Part shown: positions 1 to 10,533 of the stretch, in pieces
How the letters are laid out: every line of letters begins with the position of its first letter
Position numbering within the stretch: position 1 is the first letter of the stretch
NCBI GenBank assembly: GCA_000378885.1
Contig: KB900461.1
Location: 267,765 to 331,764 of the forward strand
Reading direction: 5' to 3'
Length of the DNA stretch: 64,000 nucleotides
Source: an actinobacterium SCGC AAA044-N04
Lineage (GTDB): Bacteria; Actinomycetota; Actinomycetes; Nanopelagicales; Nanopelagicaceae
The notes under the pieces: model-generated
Told to the model about the DNA's origin: nothing
The model's input: the letters and a program-made list of their open reading frames with translations, nothing else
Database searches by the model: none
Translations under genes and position numbers: made by a program

Positions 1-191
1 CAGCGCCAGTCACGACTGGATCTATTGCTCTTATGGAGGCACTTCGCGCACTGGATGAGGCAAAGATTCATCCGCTAGATATTGGCCTCAAGCGCCCTTC
101 ACTAGACGATGTGTTTTTATCTCTGACTGGCCACGTGGCAGAAGAAGTTGTTACAGAACCGGTGAAGAAAAAGAGAGGGGGCAAGAAATGA
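1..191 (+). CDS. ABC transporter ATP-binding protein (DrrA-like), C-terminal fragment
   Basis: Frame from nt 3 reads APVTTGS...LKRPSLDDVFLSLTG...KK*. This is a typical DrrA-family C-terminus; the TGA overlaps the ATG of the permease (ATGA). Confidence 0.85.
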   Translation, partial: APVTTGSIALMEALRALDEAKIHPLDIGLKRPSLDDVFLSLTGHVAEEVVTEPVKKKRGGKK

Positions 192-982
192 AATACGTAA
201 TCAGTGATGTCATGACGATTACTAAGCGACAGCTGCTCCAGCTTGCCCGAATCCCTGAAGTTCTAGTTTTCTCAACCATTCAACCAGTGATGTTCGTGCT
301 CCTTTTCCGCTTTGTATTTGGCGGTTCCATTTCCACTGGCCAGCCTGGGGGATATGTTCAACTGCTCATGCCTGGAATCTTCGTGCAAACAGTTGCATTC
401 ACATTAGCTGCAACTGCAGTTGGCTTAGCCGAAGATATGAAGAAGGGCCTCATCGATCGCTTTAGATCTTTGCCAATTTCTAGAGGCGCAGTTGTTATTG
501 GTCGCACCTTTGGTGATGCACTTCTTAACATTCTTGTCTTAACTGTTATGGCAGCTGCTGGATATGCCGTTGGTTGGCGTCCAACAGCAGGCTCACTTTC
601 AATCGCTTTAGCTTTCTTATTCTTATTTATGTTTGGTTATGCCCTCTCATGGATTGGTATCTATGTTGGCTTAGCCGTTAAAGAGGCACGAACTGTGCAG
701 AGCGTGGGTTTCTTAGTTACTTTTCCGCTAACTTTTCTTTCAAATGCTTTTGCACCAACTACTGGAATGCCTAAAGCGTTGCAGTACTTTGCTGAATGGA
801 ACCCAGTCTCAACAATGGTGGCAGCATGCCGCCAGCTCTTTGGTCTAAAAAATGAGTTTGGGGCAACAGCTAGCTCTTGGCCTAGCCAGCATCCGTTGGA
901 GACATCATTGCTCTATATGGTTTTGCTAATGGTGGTATTTATCCCACTGAGTATTAGAAAGTATAAAAATACTTCTAATTAA
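188..982 (+). CDS. ABC-2 type transporter permease (DrrB-like)
   Basis: Multi-TM protein with G-x-IDRFRSLP motif; coupled to the upstream ATPase. Confidence 0.9.
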   Translation: MKYVISDVMTITKRQLLQLARIPEVLVFSTIQPVMFVLLFRFVFGGSISTGQPGGYVQLLMPGIFVQTVAFTLAATAVGLAEDMKKGLIDRFRSLPISRGAVVIGRTFGDALLNILVLTVMAAAGYAVGWRPTAGSLSIALAFLFLFMFGYALSWIGIYVGLAVKEARTVQSVGFLVTFPLTFLSNAFAPTTGMPKALQYFAEWNPVSTMVAACRQLFGLKNEFGATASSWPSQHPLETSLLYMVLLMVVFIPLSIRKYKNTSN

Positions 983-1455
983 GAATAAAACTCGGCAGCT
1001 TTAATTACTACCTTAATCTCACGCCCATTAGGTGCGGTGTATGAAACGCTTGCACCGATTTCAGCGCCCATCACTGCAGCGCCAAGTGGAGATTTCTCGC
1101 TATAGACATCGAGATCTCCTGAAGCAATTTCACGTGAGCCCAAAAGAAACTTCATTTCGTCTCCAGCAATTTCAGCAGTGACAACCATTCCTGCGCCAAC
1201 TTTGCCATCGGCAGCAGCTGGTGGAGTTCCAATGTGAGCATTTTCTAACATCTGCTTGAGCTGGCGGATGCGCGCTTCCATCTTGCCCTGCTCATCGCGG
1301 GCTGCGTGGTAACCACCATTTTCTTTTAAGTCACCTTCAGCTCGCGCAGCTTCAATTTTTGCTGTGACATCTTTGCGGCCATGCTGTTCTAGGTTTTCTA
1401 ATTCGGCGCGCAAACGATCTGCAGCTTCCTGCGTTAACCAAGTTTGTGCGCTCAT
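979..1455 (-). CDS. greA: Transcription elongation factor GreA
   Basis: WLTQEA, EGDLKENGGYHAA, SPLGAA and YTAPNG motifs. Confidence 0.97.
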   Translation of the reverse strand: MSAQTWLTQEAADRLRAELENLEQHGRKDVTAKIEAARAEGDLKENGGYHAARDEQGKMEARIRQLKQMLENAHIGTPPAAADGKVGAGMVVTAEIAGDEMKFLLGSREIASGDLDVYSEKSPLGAAVMGAEIGASVSYTAPNGREIKVVIKAAEFYS

Positions 1456-1493
1456 AAGGCGTAAAGGTACTAGGTGGGTGTAGCTCCTACAAC

Positions 1494-1883
1494 TTATTTA
1501 ATGCGACAGGCAACCACATCAGCGTTAACGCCTTGGCTACGCGTAGGAATCTGCGTGCTTTTCTGCACTACTGCAAGGCCTGGCCCGATTTCATCTTCAA
1601 TCTGTCCTACGACTGTTTTATCGTAATCTCTGGCAACCAAGGTGCACGTTAAAACCTGATCTTTATCTTTTCTGACTACTTCATATCTAATAGACATTGC
1701 TCGATCTGTTGTGGCAGTAAATGAAATTACTGAGGCACGGATGTTGGGGTTGGAATGATGCAGACCTGCCCAGATGAGCCAACTGATTCCAATCACCGCA
1801 ATGACTACGGCCGGAGTCACCCACCCCTTAGTCGGGCGCACGCCATAGCGATCCTCGTAGGAGAACTCTGGGCCTGATTGCAT
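1494..1883 (-). CDS. DUF4307-like membrane-anchored protein
   Basis: DRYG N-terminus, one TM, C-x-L-x-A and C-terminal Cys; usual neighbour of actinobacterial greA. Confidence 0.75.
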   Translation of the reverse strand: MQSGPEFSYEDRYGVRPTKGWVTPAVVIAVIGISWLIWAGLHHSNPNIRASVISFTATTDRAMSIRYEVVRKDKDQVLTCTLVARDYDKTVVGQIEDEIGPGLAVVQKSTQIPTRSQGVNADVVACRIK

Positions 1884-1897
1884 GCAATGATTATGCC

Positions 1898-2035
1898 ATG
1901 CAAAAAAACTATGAGGTGGGTGCCGCAGGTTCTCTTACCATTGCGATTTTGATTATCGCTGTAGTTTTCTTAATGCGCAGTTTCTATAAGCGCTTTATGG
2001 GTGTTGATCGAAGCGATGACGGCGCAGACCAGTAA
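1898..2035 (+). CDS. Small (45 aa) single-TM membrane protein, not in the ORF track
   Basis: MQKNYEVGAAGSLTIAILIIAVVFLMRSFYKRFMGVDRSDDGADQ*: TM followed by a basic patch; fills the gap before the SURF1 gene. Confidence 0.7.
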   Translation: MQKNYEVGAAGSLTIAILIIAVVFLMRSFYKRFMGVDRSDDGADQ

Positions 2036-2732
2036 TTCACTTTTCTCCAAAATAGCTCAAGGCTTAGCTGTCCTACTCATTGCCGTCGTTTTTTTCTCAC
2101 TTGGACTCTGGCAATTAGATAGAGCCAAAGCATTAAAGGAAAGTTTGGTCACTGCAACACAAGTTGATACTTCTATCGTTGCACTTGAATCAATCACAGC
2201 GGCCCGACAACCAATTCCAGTTGATGCAATCAATCGCCAGGTCAACGTCTCTGGTCACTATGTTGGTGATTTCAAAGCAGCCAATCAAGCTGATGGAAAT
2301 GGCACAGTAAATGATTGGGAAGTTGGCCTATTACAAGTTGGTGAGAATCAAGGAATCTTGGTTGTCAGAGGTTTGTGGGAAGAGCGATTACTTAATCCAG
2401 ATATTTCAATGGCTATGCTCATAGATATCAAGGGGCAATTACGTGCCTCTCAATCTGATGATCATGGACTCAATGGTGATGGTGCAATTTCTCGCCTGGA
2501 TAGTTCGGTCATTGTGGGATTAACTGATTTAGATTTATTTGATGGGTATGTGATGGCATCTAGCGAATCACACAACGGCTCTGAATTAATACGGTCCCGC
2601 CCCACCCCAGCCACGTTGAGCTCTCGAATCCCTGGCTATTACTGGCAGCACTTGTCCTATGTGGTGATTTGGTGGCTTATGGCAGCGGTGGTGCTTTACC
2701 TTCCCTTCTATCGCCGTAGAGTAAAGCCATGA
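2016..2732 (+). CDS. SURF1/Shy1 family protein
   Basis: LGLWQLDRA, LVVRG and HLSYVVIWW motifs; ATG at 2016 preferred over GTG at 2001. Confidence 0.85.
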   Translation: MTAQTSNSLFSKIAQGLAVLLIAVVFFSLGLWQLDRAKALKESLVTATQVDTSIVALESITAARQPIPVDAINRQVNVSGHYVGDFKAANQADGNGTVNDWEVGLLQVGENQGILVVRGLWEERLLNPDISMAMLIDIKGQLRASQSDDHGLNGDGAISRLDSSVIVGLTDLDLFDGYVMASSESHNGSELIRSRPTPATLSSRIPGYYWQHLSYVVIWWLMAAVVLYLPFYRRRVKP

Positions 2733-3028
2733 AATCAAGCCTTCAGCGTTTTCGAGTAATGGCAATTGTCTCTGGTGTTATGTCACTTCTGCTCTGGTTT
2801 GTTTATATGCCAGTTAAATACTTATTTGATCTACCTGATCTACACAGTGCAATTATTTGGATCCCTATGGTGCACGGCTATCTCTATCCAATTTATATCC
2901 TGACCGCCCTGCAGTTCTCGGTTAAAGCGCGCTGGCCATTGATGAAGATGCTGGGTCTGCTTCTAGCCGGAACTCTTCCAGTTGCCTCACTGATTGCAGA
3001 ACGTCGAGTTGTTCGCCGTTATTCGTAA
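2729..3028 (+). CDS. DUF3817-like small membrane protein
   Basis: FRVMAIVSG, HGYLYPIY and LLAGTLP motifs. Confidence 0.75.
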   Translation: MKSSLQRFRVMAIVSGVMSLLLWFVYMPVKYLFDLPDLHSAIIWIPMVHGYLYPIYILTALQFSVKARWPLMKMLGLLLAGTLPVASLIAERRVVRRYS

Positions 3029-3785
3029 ACTCATCAAGTCTTTGCTCTATCCACTCTATGAGTGGCGCTTGGTACGAGCATTAGATTTCACAAAGACCCC
3101 TCACCATGTTGGTGTCATTCTGGATGGCAATCGCAGGTGGGCAAAAGCTAACCCCAGTAACACCGACCCCAATGGCCATAAAGCTGGGGCAAATAAAATC
3201 ATTGAGTTTTTGGGCTGGTGTGATGATGCCGATGTTCGGGTTGTGACGCTGTGGTTGCTATCAACTGATAACTTCAAAAGAAGCTCAGATGAGATTGAAG
3301 AGCTACTCAAGATAATTGGTGACACCGTGGATGAGTTAGCGGCCACGGGCCGTTGGAATATTAAAGCCGTAGGCGCACTTGATCTCTTGCCACCATGGCT
3401 TAGCGAAAAACTAGCTGGTCTTAAGCCCATACGAAACGATGGGGTGGAAGTTAACGTGGCCGTTAGTTACGGGGGCCGGCGCGAAATTGTTGATGCCGTG
3501 AAGTCATATCTTGGCGAAGAAGAAAAGTCAGGCCATTCTCTGGATCAGGCAAAAGAGAAGTTGACTGCCGATGATATTTCTAAGTATTTATATACCGCAG
3601 GCCAACCAGATCCAGAGCTTTTGATTAGAACCTCAGGAGAACAACGCCTTGGCGGATTCCTGTTGTGGCAAAGCGCGCTATCTGAGTTCTACTTCTGTGA
3701 GGCATATTGGCCTGATTTTCGTCGGGTGGATTTCTTACGTGCTCTACGTGCTTACTCACTTCGACAACGCCGTTTCGGCAGTTGA
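2994..3785 (+). CDS. cis-isoprenyl diphosphate synthase (UppS family, short-chain Z-isoprenyl type)
   Basis: HVGVILDGNRRWA, LSTDN, YGGRREI and IRTSGEQRL motifs; start codon uncertain. Confidence 0.93.
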   Translation: MQNVELFAVIRKLIKSLLYPLYEWRLVRALDFTKTPHHVGVILDGNRRWAKANPSNTDPNGHKAGANKIIEFLGWCDDADVRVVTLWLLSTDNFKRSSDEIEELLKIIGDTVDELAATGRWNIKAVGALDLLPPWLSEKLAGLKPIRNDGVEVNVAVSYGGRREIVDAVKSYLGEEEKSGHSLDQAKEKLTADDISKYLYTAGQPDPELLIRTSGEQRLGGFLLWQSALSEFYFCEAYWPDFRRVDFLRALRAYSLRQRRFGS

Positions 3786-3923
3786 GATTTAGGCCAAAAA
3801 CGTCAACAAGATTTAACTTTTATAAAGCGCGTGTTGCCACAGAGTTAGCCTGAACTTGTTCTACCTTTTTACATATCCGAAGCAGCACCCCACGAGTACA
3901 ACTAAAAATGAGGAGTCCAGCCA

Positions 3924-5240
3924 TTGGCTTCTAAGAGTCAAAGCTCTAGAAAGACTTTTGTTTTAGATACCAGCGTTTTATTAGCTGATCCTGGCGCCCT
4001 GCATAGATTTGCCGAACATGAAGTAATCATTCCTATCGCTGTTATTGGCGAACTTGAGACCAAGCGCGATCACCCAGAACTGGGTTACTTTGCCCGCGCA
4101 GCCCTACGTGCCCTTGATGATTTAAGAGTGAGCCATGGCCGACTTGATCAACCTCTGACTATTACCCCAGAGGGTGGGACCCTTTCTGTTGAACTCAACC
4201 ACACCGACCTTTCCACCTTGCCCCATGGCTTTTTGCGAGATGGCACCAATGACACTCGAATCCTGGCTATAGCTAAAAACTTAATGTCAGATGGCAAAAA
4301 CGTTGTTCTAGTTTCTAAAGATTTACCACTTCGCGTTAAAGCATCATCGGTGGGTGTTGAGGCCCAAGAGTATTTGGCAGAGTTAGTAGCTAACAGTGGT
4401 TGGACAGGAATTGAAGAGCTCACTGTTGGTTCGTCGGTGATCGATGATCTCTACTCTTCTGATCGAGCAGATCATGAAGCAGCCCATAGCCTTCCGATCC
4501 ACACCGGCGTTGTGTTGCACTCAGATCGTGGCAGCGCCCTGGCCCGGGTAACAGCTGATAAGCAGTTGCAGTTAATTAGGGGAGACCGCTCAGCTTTTGG
4601 TTTGCATGGCCGAAGCGCCGAACAGCGCATTGCACTCGACCTTCTTTTGGATGATTCCATTGGAATTGTTTCTATGGGTGGGCGGGCAGGAACTGGTAAG
4701 TCGGCACTCGCCTTATGCGCAGGACTTGAAGCAGTGATGGAAAAGCGCATCCATAAAAAGGTAGTTATCTTCCGCCCGCTCTATCCAGTGGGTGGTCAGG
4801 AACTTGGATACTTGCCAGGTAGTGAGGGTGAAAAGATGTCACCCTGGGCCCAGGCAGTTTTTGACACCTTGGGCGCACTTGTTAGCCAGCCAGTTATTGA
4901 TGAGATTGTGGACCGAGGCTTAATTGAAGTCCTCCCGTTGACCCATATCCGCGGACGATCTCTTCATGACTCCTTTGTGATCGTCGATGAAGCTCAGTCC
5001 CTAGAGCGCGGAGTTCTTTTGACCGTGCTTTCTAGAATCGGCACCGCCTCCAGAGTGGTCCTGACCCATGACATTGGCCAGAGGGACAACCTTCGAGTCG
5101 GTCGCCATGATGGTGTGGTGGCAGTTGTTGAAACCTTGAAGGGACACCCCCTCTTTGCCCACGTGACCTTGACTCGTAGCGAGCGCTCGCCGATTGCAGC
5201 CCTTGTGACCGAGATGCTGGAAGGTCCATTACCGGGCTAA
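3924..5240 (+). CDS. phoH2: PIN-PhoH family protein (PhoH2-like)
   Basis: N-terminal PIN domain (VLDTSVLL...[10 protein letters not shown]), Walker [19 protein letters not shown]; RBS GAGGAG. Confidence 0.92.
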   Translation: MASKSQSSRKTFVLDTSVLLADPGALHRFAEHEVIIPIAVIGELETKRDHPELGYFARAALRALDDLRVSHGRLDQPLTITPEGGTLSVELNHTDLSTLPHGFLRDGTNDTRILAIAKNLMSDGKNVVLVSKDLPLRVKASSVGVEAQEYLAELVANSGWTGIEELTVGSSVIDDLYSSDRADHEAAHSLPIHTGVVLHSDRGSALARVTADKQLQLIRGDRSAFGLHGRSAEQRIALDLLLDDSIGIVSMGGRAGTGKSALALCAGLEAVMEKRIHKKVVIFRPLYPVGGQELGYLPGSEGEKMSPWAQAVFDTLGALVSQPVIDEIVDRGLIEVLPLTHIRGRSLHDSFVIVDEAQSLERGVLLTVLSRIGTASRVVLTHDIGQRDNLRVGRHDGVVAVVETLKGHPLFAHVTLTRSERSPIAALVTEMLEGPLPG

Positions 5241-5472
5241 AAGAAAGTCACAGTCACATTTAGGGCAATTCGGACATTCGCCTTCGTGACCTGCGGTTTT
5301 ACCCCATCCACAGCTTCAGCTTCTCTGTGAATCTGCGACTTAGGCCTAGTTAGATTTGCCGATGTCAGTCCCAGGCGCCACTCTAAAGCCATTCCCCGTT
5401 AGTTATGAAGCCTCATATCGAGGCTGATGGCTTGCGGTTACGGGATGCGGGTGAGAGAAAAGAAGTAGAGCT

Positions 5473-6060
5473 ATGACGATTAAGCGCAAGACAATCGCGA
5501 TCTGGAGCGTTGTTGCCTCCATGCTCTTTTTAACCTCGGCCCTACCAACTGCCTATGGTCTGGAATTTCCTATGACCTCTGTGGTTGAAATTGAAGTCAA
5601 TCCCACTCTTCTGGCAGCTACGGTGAATCCGATCGATAGCGCCGGGGCTCTCTATGGCTCCATCGATTTAGCTGCCACACCGCTTGGCGCAATGTTCTCT
5701 TCAGATTTGGCGTTGGTCTCATCCATTAGCCGCCAGGTTGAAATGGCCAGAACGCAGATTGGCGCAAAGAAAGTTGCCCAGGCGATTTTGACGCAGGAAT
5801 ATGGTTTTGATGATTCTCAGTTCACATGCTTGAACTCACTCTGGACAAAAGAGAGCCATTGGAACTATAAGGCTCATAACTATCGCTCAGGTGCTCATGG
5901 AATTGCTCAAGCACTGCCAGCTGAGAAGATGAGTGTGATTGCAACTGATTGGCGCACCAATCCAGTCACGCAGATTCGATGGGGAATTCGCTACATCACC
6001 ATGCGCTATGACACCCCATGCAAAGCATGGTCAAAGTGGAGATCCCACCGCTTCTACTAA
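5473..6060 (+). CDS. Secreted lytic transglycosylase (SLT-like domain)
   Basis: Signal peptide; CLNSLWTKESHWN, SGAHGIAQALP, NPVTQIRWG and RYDTPCKAW motifs. Confidence 0.88.
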   Translation: MTIKRKTIAIWSVVASMLFLTSALPTAYGLEFPMTSVVEIEVNPTLLAATVNPIDSAGALYGSIDLAATPLGAMFSSDLALVSSISRQVEMARTQIGAKKVAQAILTQEYGFDDSQFTCLNSLWTKESHWNYKAHNYRSGAHGIAQALPAEKMSVIATDWRTNPVTQIRWGIRYITMRYDTPCKAWSKWRSHRFY

Positions 6061-6066
6061 AAGCTT

Positions 6067-7719
6067 TTAAGGCTTAGTTCCAATAGTCAGTGGCTTTGAA
6101 GTTTGGGCAAAGAAATCATTTCCTTTATCGTCCACCACAATAAATGCTGGGAAATCCACTACATCAATTTTCCAGACCGCTTCCATCCCCAGCTCTTCAT
6201 AATCTAGGACTTCAACTTTCTTAATACACTCCTGAGCAAGTCGGGCAGCAGGCCCGCCGATGGAACCCAAGTAGAAACCACCATGAGTTTTGCAGGCATC
6301 GGTCACAGCCTTTGATCTATTTCCCTTTGCCAGCATCACATGTGAGCCGCCCTTGGATTGGAAATATTCAACGTAGGAATCCATACGACCTGCAGTAGTT
6401 GGCCCAAAAGAACCAGAGGCATAACCGGCAGGAGTCTTTGCAGGACCTGCGTAATAGACGGCGTATTTCTTTAAATATTCTGGCATTGGTGCACCGGCAT
6501 CCATTGCTTCTTTAATTTTTGCATGTGCTAAGTCGCGGGCAACAACCAATGTGCCAGTCAATGACAGTCGCGTCTTTACAGGGTATTTGGAGAGCTGGGC
6601 TCTAATGGCATCCATTGATTGATTTAAATCAATGGCCACAACTTCATCGTTTAAATGCTCATCGGTTGTCTCAGGCAAGAAGTGGGCTGGATCTTGCTCT
6701 AATTGTTCAAGGAATATGCCCTCTTTGGTGATCTTGGCCTTGGCCTGGCGATCGGCTGAACAGGAGACTGCAATGGCGATAGGAAGAGATGCACCATGCC
6801 TTGGCAATCTCACAACTCGAACATCGTGGCAGAAATACTTGCCACCAAATTGGGCGCCGATTCCAAGTGTTCTAGTCAGCTCTAGTACTTGTTTCTCTAA
6901 TTCAAGGTCGCGGAAACCATGTCCGGTTGCTGCATCACCTTTTGTAGGAAGCGAATCCAAATACTTAGTACTAGCTAACTTGGCAGTTTTCACGGTGTGC
7001 TCGGCGCTGGTTCCACCGATGACAATTGCTAAGTGATACGGCGGACAAGCAGCCGTTCCAATAGAGCGCAGCTTTTCATCCAGCCAAGCCATGAAGGACT
7101 TGGGATTGAGGATGGCCTTAGTCTCTTGATAGAGGAAAGACTTGTTAGCACTTCCGCCGCCTTTGGCGATAAATAAGAAGTTGTATTCATCGGCGTGATC
7201 ACTGTCGGCATATATTTCAATCTGGGCAGGCAAGTTATTGCCAGTGTTTTTCTCTTCCCAGGTTGTTATAGGTGCCATCTGCGAATAGCGCAGATTCAAA
7301 TTCGTATAGGCATCATAAATACCTTGTGAAATAGCTACTTCATCATTAGAAGTGGTTAATACGTGTTGGCCTTTTTTAGCCATGACAAGGGCGGTGCCAG
7401 TGTCTTGGCACATCGGCAGGATTCCACCGGCAGAGATGTTGGCATTTTTTAAAAGGTCGGTTGCAACAAAGCGATCATTAGGTGAGGCCTCTGGATCTTT
7501 GATGATATTTGCCAACTGCTGCAAGTGATCTGGGCGAAGGTAATGAGAAATATCGTGGATTGCCTCTGCTGTTAACTTCGATAGCGCCTCTGGTGCTACT
7601 TCTAAAAACTCTTTATCTCCTAGCTTTACAACCTTCACGCCCTCTTTACTCACAAGACGGTATTTGGTCTCATCTTTTCCCAGGGGGAGAAGGTGTGAGT
7701 AGGAGAAAGTTGGCGACAT
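6067..7719 (-). CDS. fumA: Fumarate hydratase class I (Fe-S)
   Basis: [23 protein letters not shown] and GPTTAGRM motifs. Confidence 0.95.
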   Translation of the reverse strand: MSPTFSYSHLLPLGKDETKYRLVSKEGVKVVKLGDKEFLEVAPEALSKLTAEAIHDISHYLRPDHLQQLANIIKDPEASPNDRFVATDLLKNANISAGGILPMCQDTGTALVMAKKGQHVLTTSNDEVAISQGIYDAYTNLNLRYSQMAPITTWEEKNTGNNLPAQIEIYADSDHADEYNFLFIAKGGGSANKSFLYQETKAILNPKSFMAWLDEKLRSIGTAACPPYHLAIVIGGTSAEHTVKTAKLASTKYLDSLPTKGDAATGHGFRDLELEKQVLELTRTLGIGAQFGGKYFCHDVRVVRLPRHGASLPIAIAVSCSADRQAKAKITKEGIFLEQLEQDPAHFLPETTDEHLNDEVVAIDLNQSMDAIRAQLSKYPVKTRLSLTGTLVVARDLAHAKIKEAMDAGAPMPEYLKKYAVYYAGPAKTPAGYASGSFGPTTAGRMDSYVEYFQSKGGSHVMLAKGNRSKAVTDACKTHGGFYLGSIGGPAARLAQECIKKVEVLDYEELGMEAVWKIDVVDFPAFIVVDDKGNDFFAQTSKPLTIGTKP

Positions 7720-7725
7720 TGTTTT

Positions 7726-7923
7726 TTACTTCGCCGCCGGCTTTGCAGAATCTAACTTCTTCTTGGCGCCATCTAGCCATTCCTGACAGATCTTGGCTAG
7801 CTCTTCACCGCGCTCCCAGAGCTTGAGTGATTCTTCTAGTGTGGCACTGCCATCTTCAAGGGATTCAACAACTTCGGCTAACTCATCTCGGGCAGCCTCG
7901 TAAGAAATCTTCTTTTCACTCAT
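7726..7923 (-). CDS. xseB: Exodeoxyribonuclease VII small subunit
   Basis: SYEAARDEL...LEESLKLWERGE...C motif; follows xseA. Confidence 0.95.
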   Translation of the reverse strand: MSEKKISYEAARDELAEVVESLEDGSATLEESLKLWERGEELAKICQEWLDGAKKKLDSAKPAAK

Positions 7924-7932
7924 GGGCTAAAT

Positions 7933-9147
7933 CTACTCCTTCACATTCATCGGCGTCACTGTGGCATTGGTCTCGCCTTTTGCAAGGCGCAAGCGCAGTA
8001 CGTCGCCTGCTTTTAACTTCGTTGCATCACGGGCGATATCACCATTAGCTAATTGAACTACTGAGTAACCACGATCCAATGTGGCCTGCGGTGATAGCGC
8101 TCGAACTCTGGCCTTAATTTGTACTAACTCTTCTTTAGCTAATTTCACATGCCCAGCAAAGGATCGATGAGCTCTCTCTTTAAGCGCCACAATGATCTCA
8201 GCACGAGAGGTGATGATCACGTGGGGATCTTTCATTACTGGGCGATCTTTAAAGGATTTAATGCGGGTGGCTTCCATTTCAATGCGAGCCAGCAAAGTAC
8301 GGCGAGCTCTATCGGTGAGCTTTGAAATCATCTCTATCTCTTCAGCAATATCTGGCACTACGCGCTTTGCAGCATCAGTGGGAGTTGATGCTCGAAAATC
8401 TGCAACCAGATCAAGTAGCGGTGAATCTTTTTCATGACCAATGGCGCTAACAATCGGTGTCTTACATGATGCAGCAAGTCGCACCAATGACTCATCGCTA
8501 AAGGGCAGTAGATCTTCAAAGGATCCACCGCCTCTAGTAATGATGATTACTTCAACATCTTTATTTGCCTCTAGTTCGCGCAGCGCCTCTGATACTTCAG
8601 ATACTGCCGCAGCGCCTTGCACAGTTACTTCACGGATTTCAAATTCAACACTGGGCCAGCGGCGCTTAGCGTTTTCAACAACATCTTTTTCAGCATCGGT
8701 ATTGCGACCGCAGATAAGGCCAATCTTTTTTGGCAGCAGTGGCAAACTAATTTTTCGATCTGAATCAAAAAGACCCTGCGATGCAAGCAGAGTCTTAAGT
8801 GCTTCCAGGCGAGCAAGTAATTCACCCACACCCACTTGGCGGATTTCACGGGCAGATAAAGTCAGGGAGCCGTTTTTTGTGTACCACGATGGCTTTGCAT
8901 ACATCACTACTCGCGCATTAGCTGGCAGCGGTTGAATAGCTGCAATAACTGATTTGTGACACATGACCGATAAGGACATATCAACGCTGGGATCGCGCAG
9001 GCGAATAAAAGCCATCATGCCGCTGCGTTCATTGAGTTCTGAGATTTCACCTTCCACCCAGATAGGGCCAAGGCGATCTACATATTCTTTGATTGCTTCA
9101 GTCACCACCCGGACAGGCGCGGGGGATTCACTTGAAGTTTCGAACAT
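7933..9147 (-). CDS. xseA: Exodeoxyribonuclease VII large subunit
   Basis: WVEGEIS, RGGGSFEDL, SAIGHE and STPTDAA motifs. Confidence 0.97.
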   Translation of the reverse strand: MFETSSESPAPVRVVTEAIKEYVDRLGPIWVEGEISELNERSGMMAFIRLRDPSVDMSLSVMCHKSVIAAIQPLPANARVVMYAKPSWYTKNGSLTLSAREIRQVGVGELLARLEALKTLLASQGLFDSDRKISLPLLPKKIGLICGRNTDAEKDVVENAKRRWPSVEFEIREVTVQGAAAVSEVSEALRELEANKDVEVIIITRGGGSFEDLLPFSDESLVRLAASCKTPIVSAIGHEKDSPLLDLVADFRASTPTDAAKRVVPDIAEEIEMISKLTDRARRTLLARIEMEATRIKSFKDRPVMKDPHVIITSRAEIIVALKERAHRSFAGHVKLAKEELVQIKARVRALSPQATLDRGYSVVQLANGDIARDATKLKAGDVLRLRLAKGETNATVTPMNVKE

Positions 9148-9172
9148 GTGCCCAGCCTAATAGACTCCCCTC
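9148..9172. promoter_or_regulatory. Bidirectional leaderless promoter (xseA/ispH)
   Basis: AGCCTA-A-TAGACT gives back-to-back -10 hexamers, each 6 nt from an ATG. Confidence 0.7.
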
Positions 9173-10126
9173 ATGGCTAAGAGAGTTCTACTTGCTGCGC
9201 CCCGCGGATATTGCGCAGGTGTTGACCGCGCTGTTATCACGGTCGAAAAAGCCTTGGCGCTCTATGGAGCACCTGTCTATGTCAGAAAGCAGATTGTTCA
9301 CAACGTCCACGTTGTTGCCAGTTTGGAAGCAAAAGGCGCGATCTTTGTTGATGAAACAGATGAAGTTCCTGAGGGCAAGACCGTAGTTTTCTCAGCCCAT
9401 GGTGTTGCACCACTTGTTCACGAACAAGCAGCTGCCAGGTCACTCAAAACTATTGATGCAACATGTCCACTAGTAACTAAAGTGCATATGGAAGCAAAAC
9501 GATTTGCTGCAGAAGATGCTGAAATCTTGCTCATTGGTCACCACGGCCATGAAGAAGTTGAGGGCACAGCAGGTGAAGCCATTGGTCAGGTCAGAATTGT
9601 TGATGGTCTCGATGGTGCGAGAAACGTGCAACCAACTCCAGGTAAAAAACTTGTCTGGCTATCGCAAACCACACTCAGTGTTGATGAGACTCTGGACGCA
9701 GTTGCCATCTTAAAAGAGCGCTTTCCAGAGATTCAAAATCCTCCCAGTGATGATATTTGCTATGCCACACAAAATCGCCAAGAAGCAATCAAAGCTATTG
9801 CTCCGCAAGCCGACCTTGTCATTGTTGTTGGATCACAAAACTCTTCTAACTCTGTGCGCTTAGCCGAAGTTGCCCTGGAATATGGCGCAAAAGTTTCACA
9901 CCTGATCGACTATGCCGAAGAGATTCAAGATCACTGGTTTAAAGATGTTGAAACGATTGGCTTAACAAGTGGGGCTTCGGTTCCAGAGATCTTGGTAACA
10001 GATGTATTGAAAACCCTGGCTGAGCATGGATTCAACGATGTTGAAACTATTACAGCAACCGAAGAATCACTGCTCTTTGCGCTGCCACCAGAGCTTCGAA
10101 AAGATATGAAAGCAGCTGGGATTTAA
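9173..10126 (+). CDS. ispH: 4-hydroxy-3-methylbut-2-enyl diphosphate reductase
   Basis: [24 protein letters not shown] and SSNS motifs. Confidence 0.98.
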   Translation: MAKRVLLAAPRGYCAGVDRAVITVEKALALYGAPVYVRKQIVHNVHVVASLEAKGAIFVDETDEVPEGKTVVFSAHGVAPLVHEQAAARSLKTIDATCPLVTKVHMEAKRFAAEDAEILLIGHHGHEEVEGTAGEAIGQVRIVDGLDGARNVQPTPGKKLVWLSQTTLSVDETLDAVAILKERFPEIQNPPSDDICYATQNRQEAIKAIAPQADLVIVVGSQNSSNSVRLAEVALEYGAKVSHLIDYAEEIQDHWFKDVETIGLTSGASVPEILVTDVLKTLAEHGFNDVETITATEESLLFALPPELRKDMKAAGI

Positions 10127-10533
10127 GCGCTACGGGCTTTTGAAGGCTTAGTTTTTGCCTTTGCATTCAAGTAAACAAACCAGCCATAAGCAGCACCAAT
10201 GATAAGAAATGGTGCTTCACTGGCAAGGGCTGCAATGAAATCAATACCAACACGTGAAGGCCTAAAGCCATCAAAGATTAAGATCCAGAAAAGAGCGTTG
10301 GCGGCAAAAGCCAGTGGTGGAGTAACAACAGAGGCGTAAGTTGTACCAGGGCGACCAAAACGCAGTGCGCCATAGAAAGAAAGAAGAATCATTACGCCGG
10401 TGAGAATTCCAACACCGCTGCGCAGCCAGAGTTCAACGAAAGTGAAGAAGCCAATAAAGAAGCTCTGCAGCACGACGATGCCTTGTTTTTTAAGTCCAGG
10501 GCCTTGAATCGCCATTTTAGTTACGGTGCTCAT
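10123..10533 (-). CDS. Conserved membrane protein (DUF6542-like)
   Basis: Four hydrophobic segments with a VVTPPL motif; conserved position between ispH and ychF. Confidence 0.6.
   Translation of the reverse strand: MSTVTKMAIQGPGLKKQGIVVLQSFFIGFFTFVELWLRSGVGILTGVMILLSFYGALRFGRPGTTYASVVTPPLAFAANALFWILIFDGFRPSRVGIDFIAALASEAPFLIIGAAYGWFVYLNAKAKTKPSKARSA

Noticed and set aside
9140-9155. TCGAAC-ATGT-GCCCAG as an SOS box at xseA
   Set aside because: Only one half-site matches, and it is explained by the Met-Phe-Glu codons.
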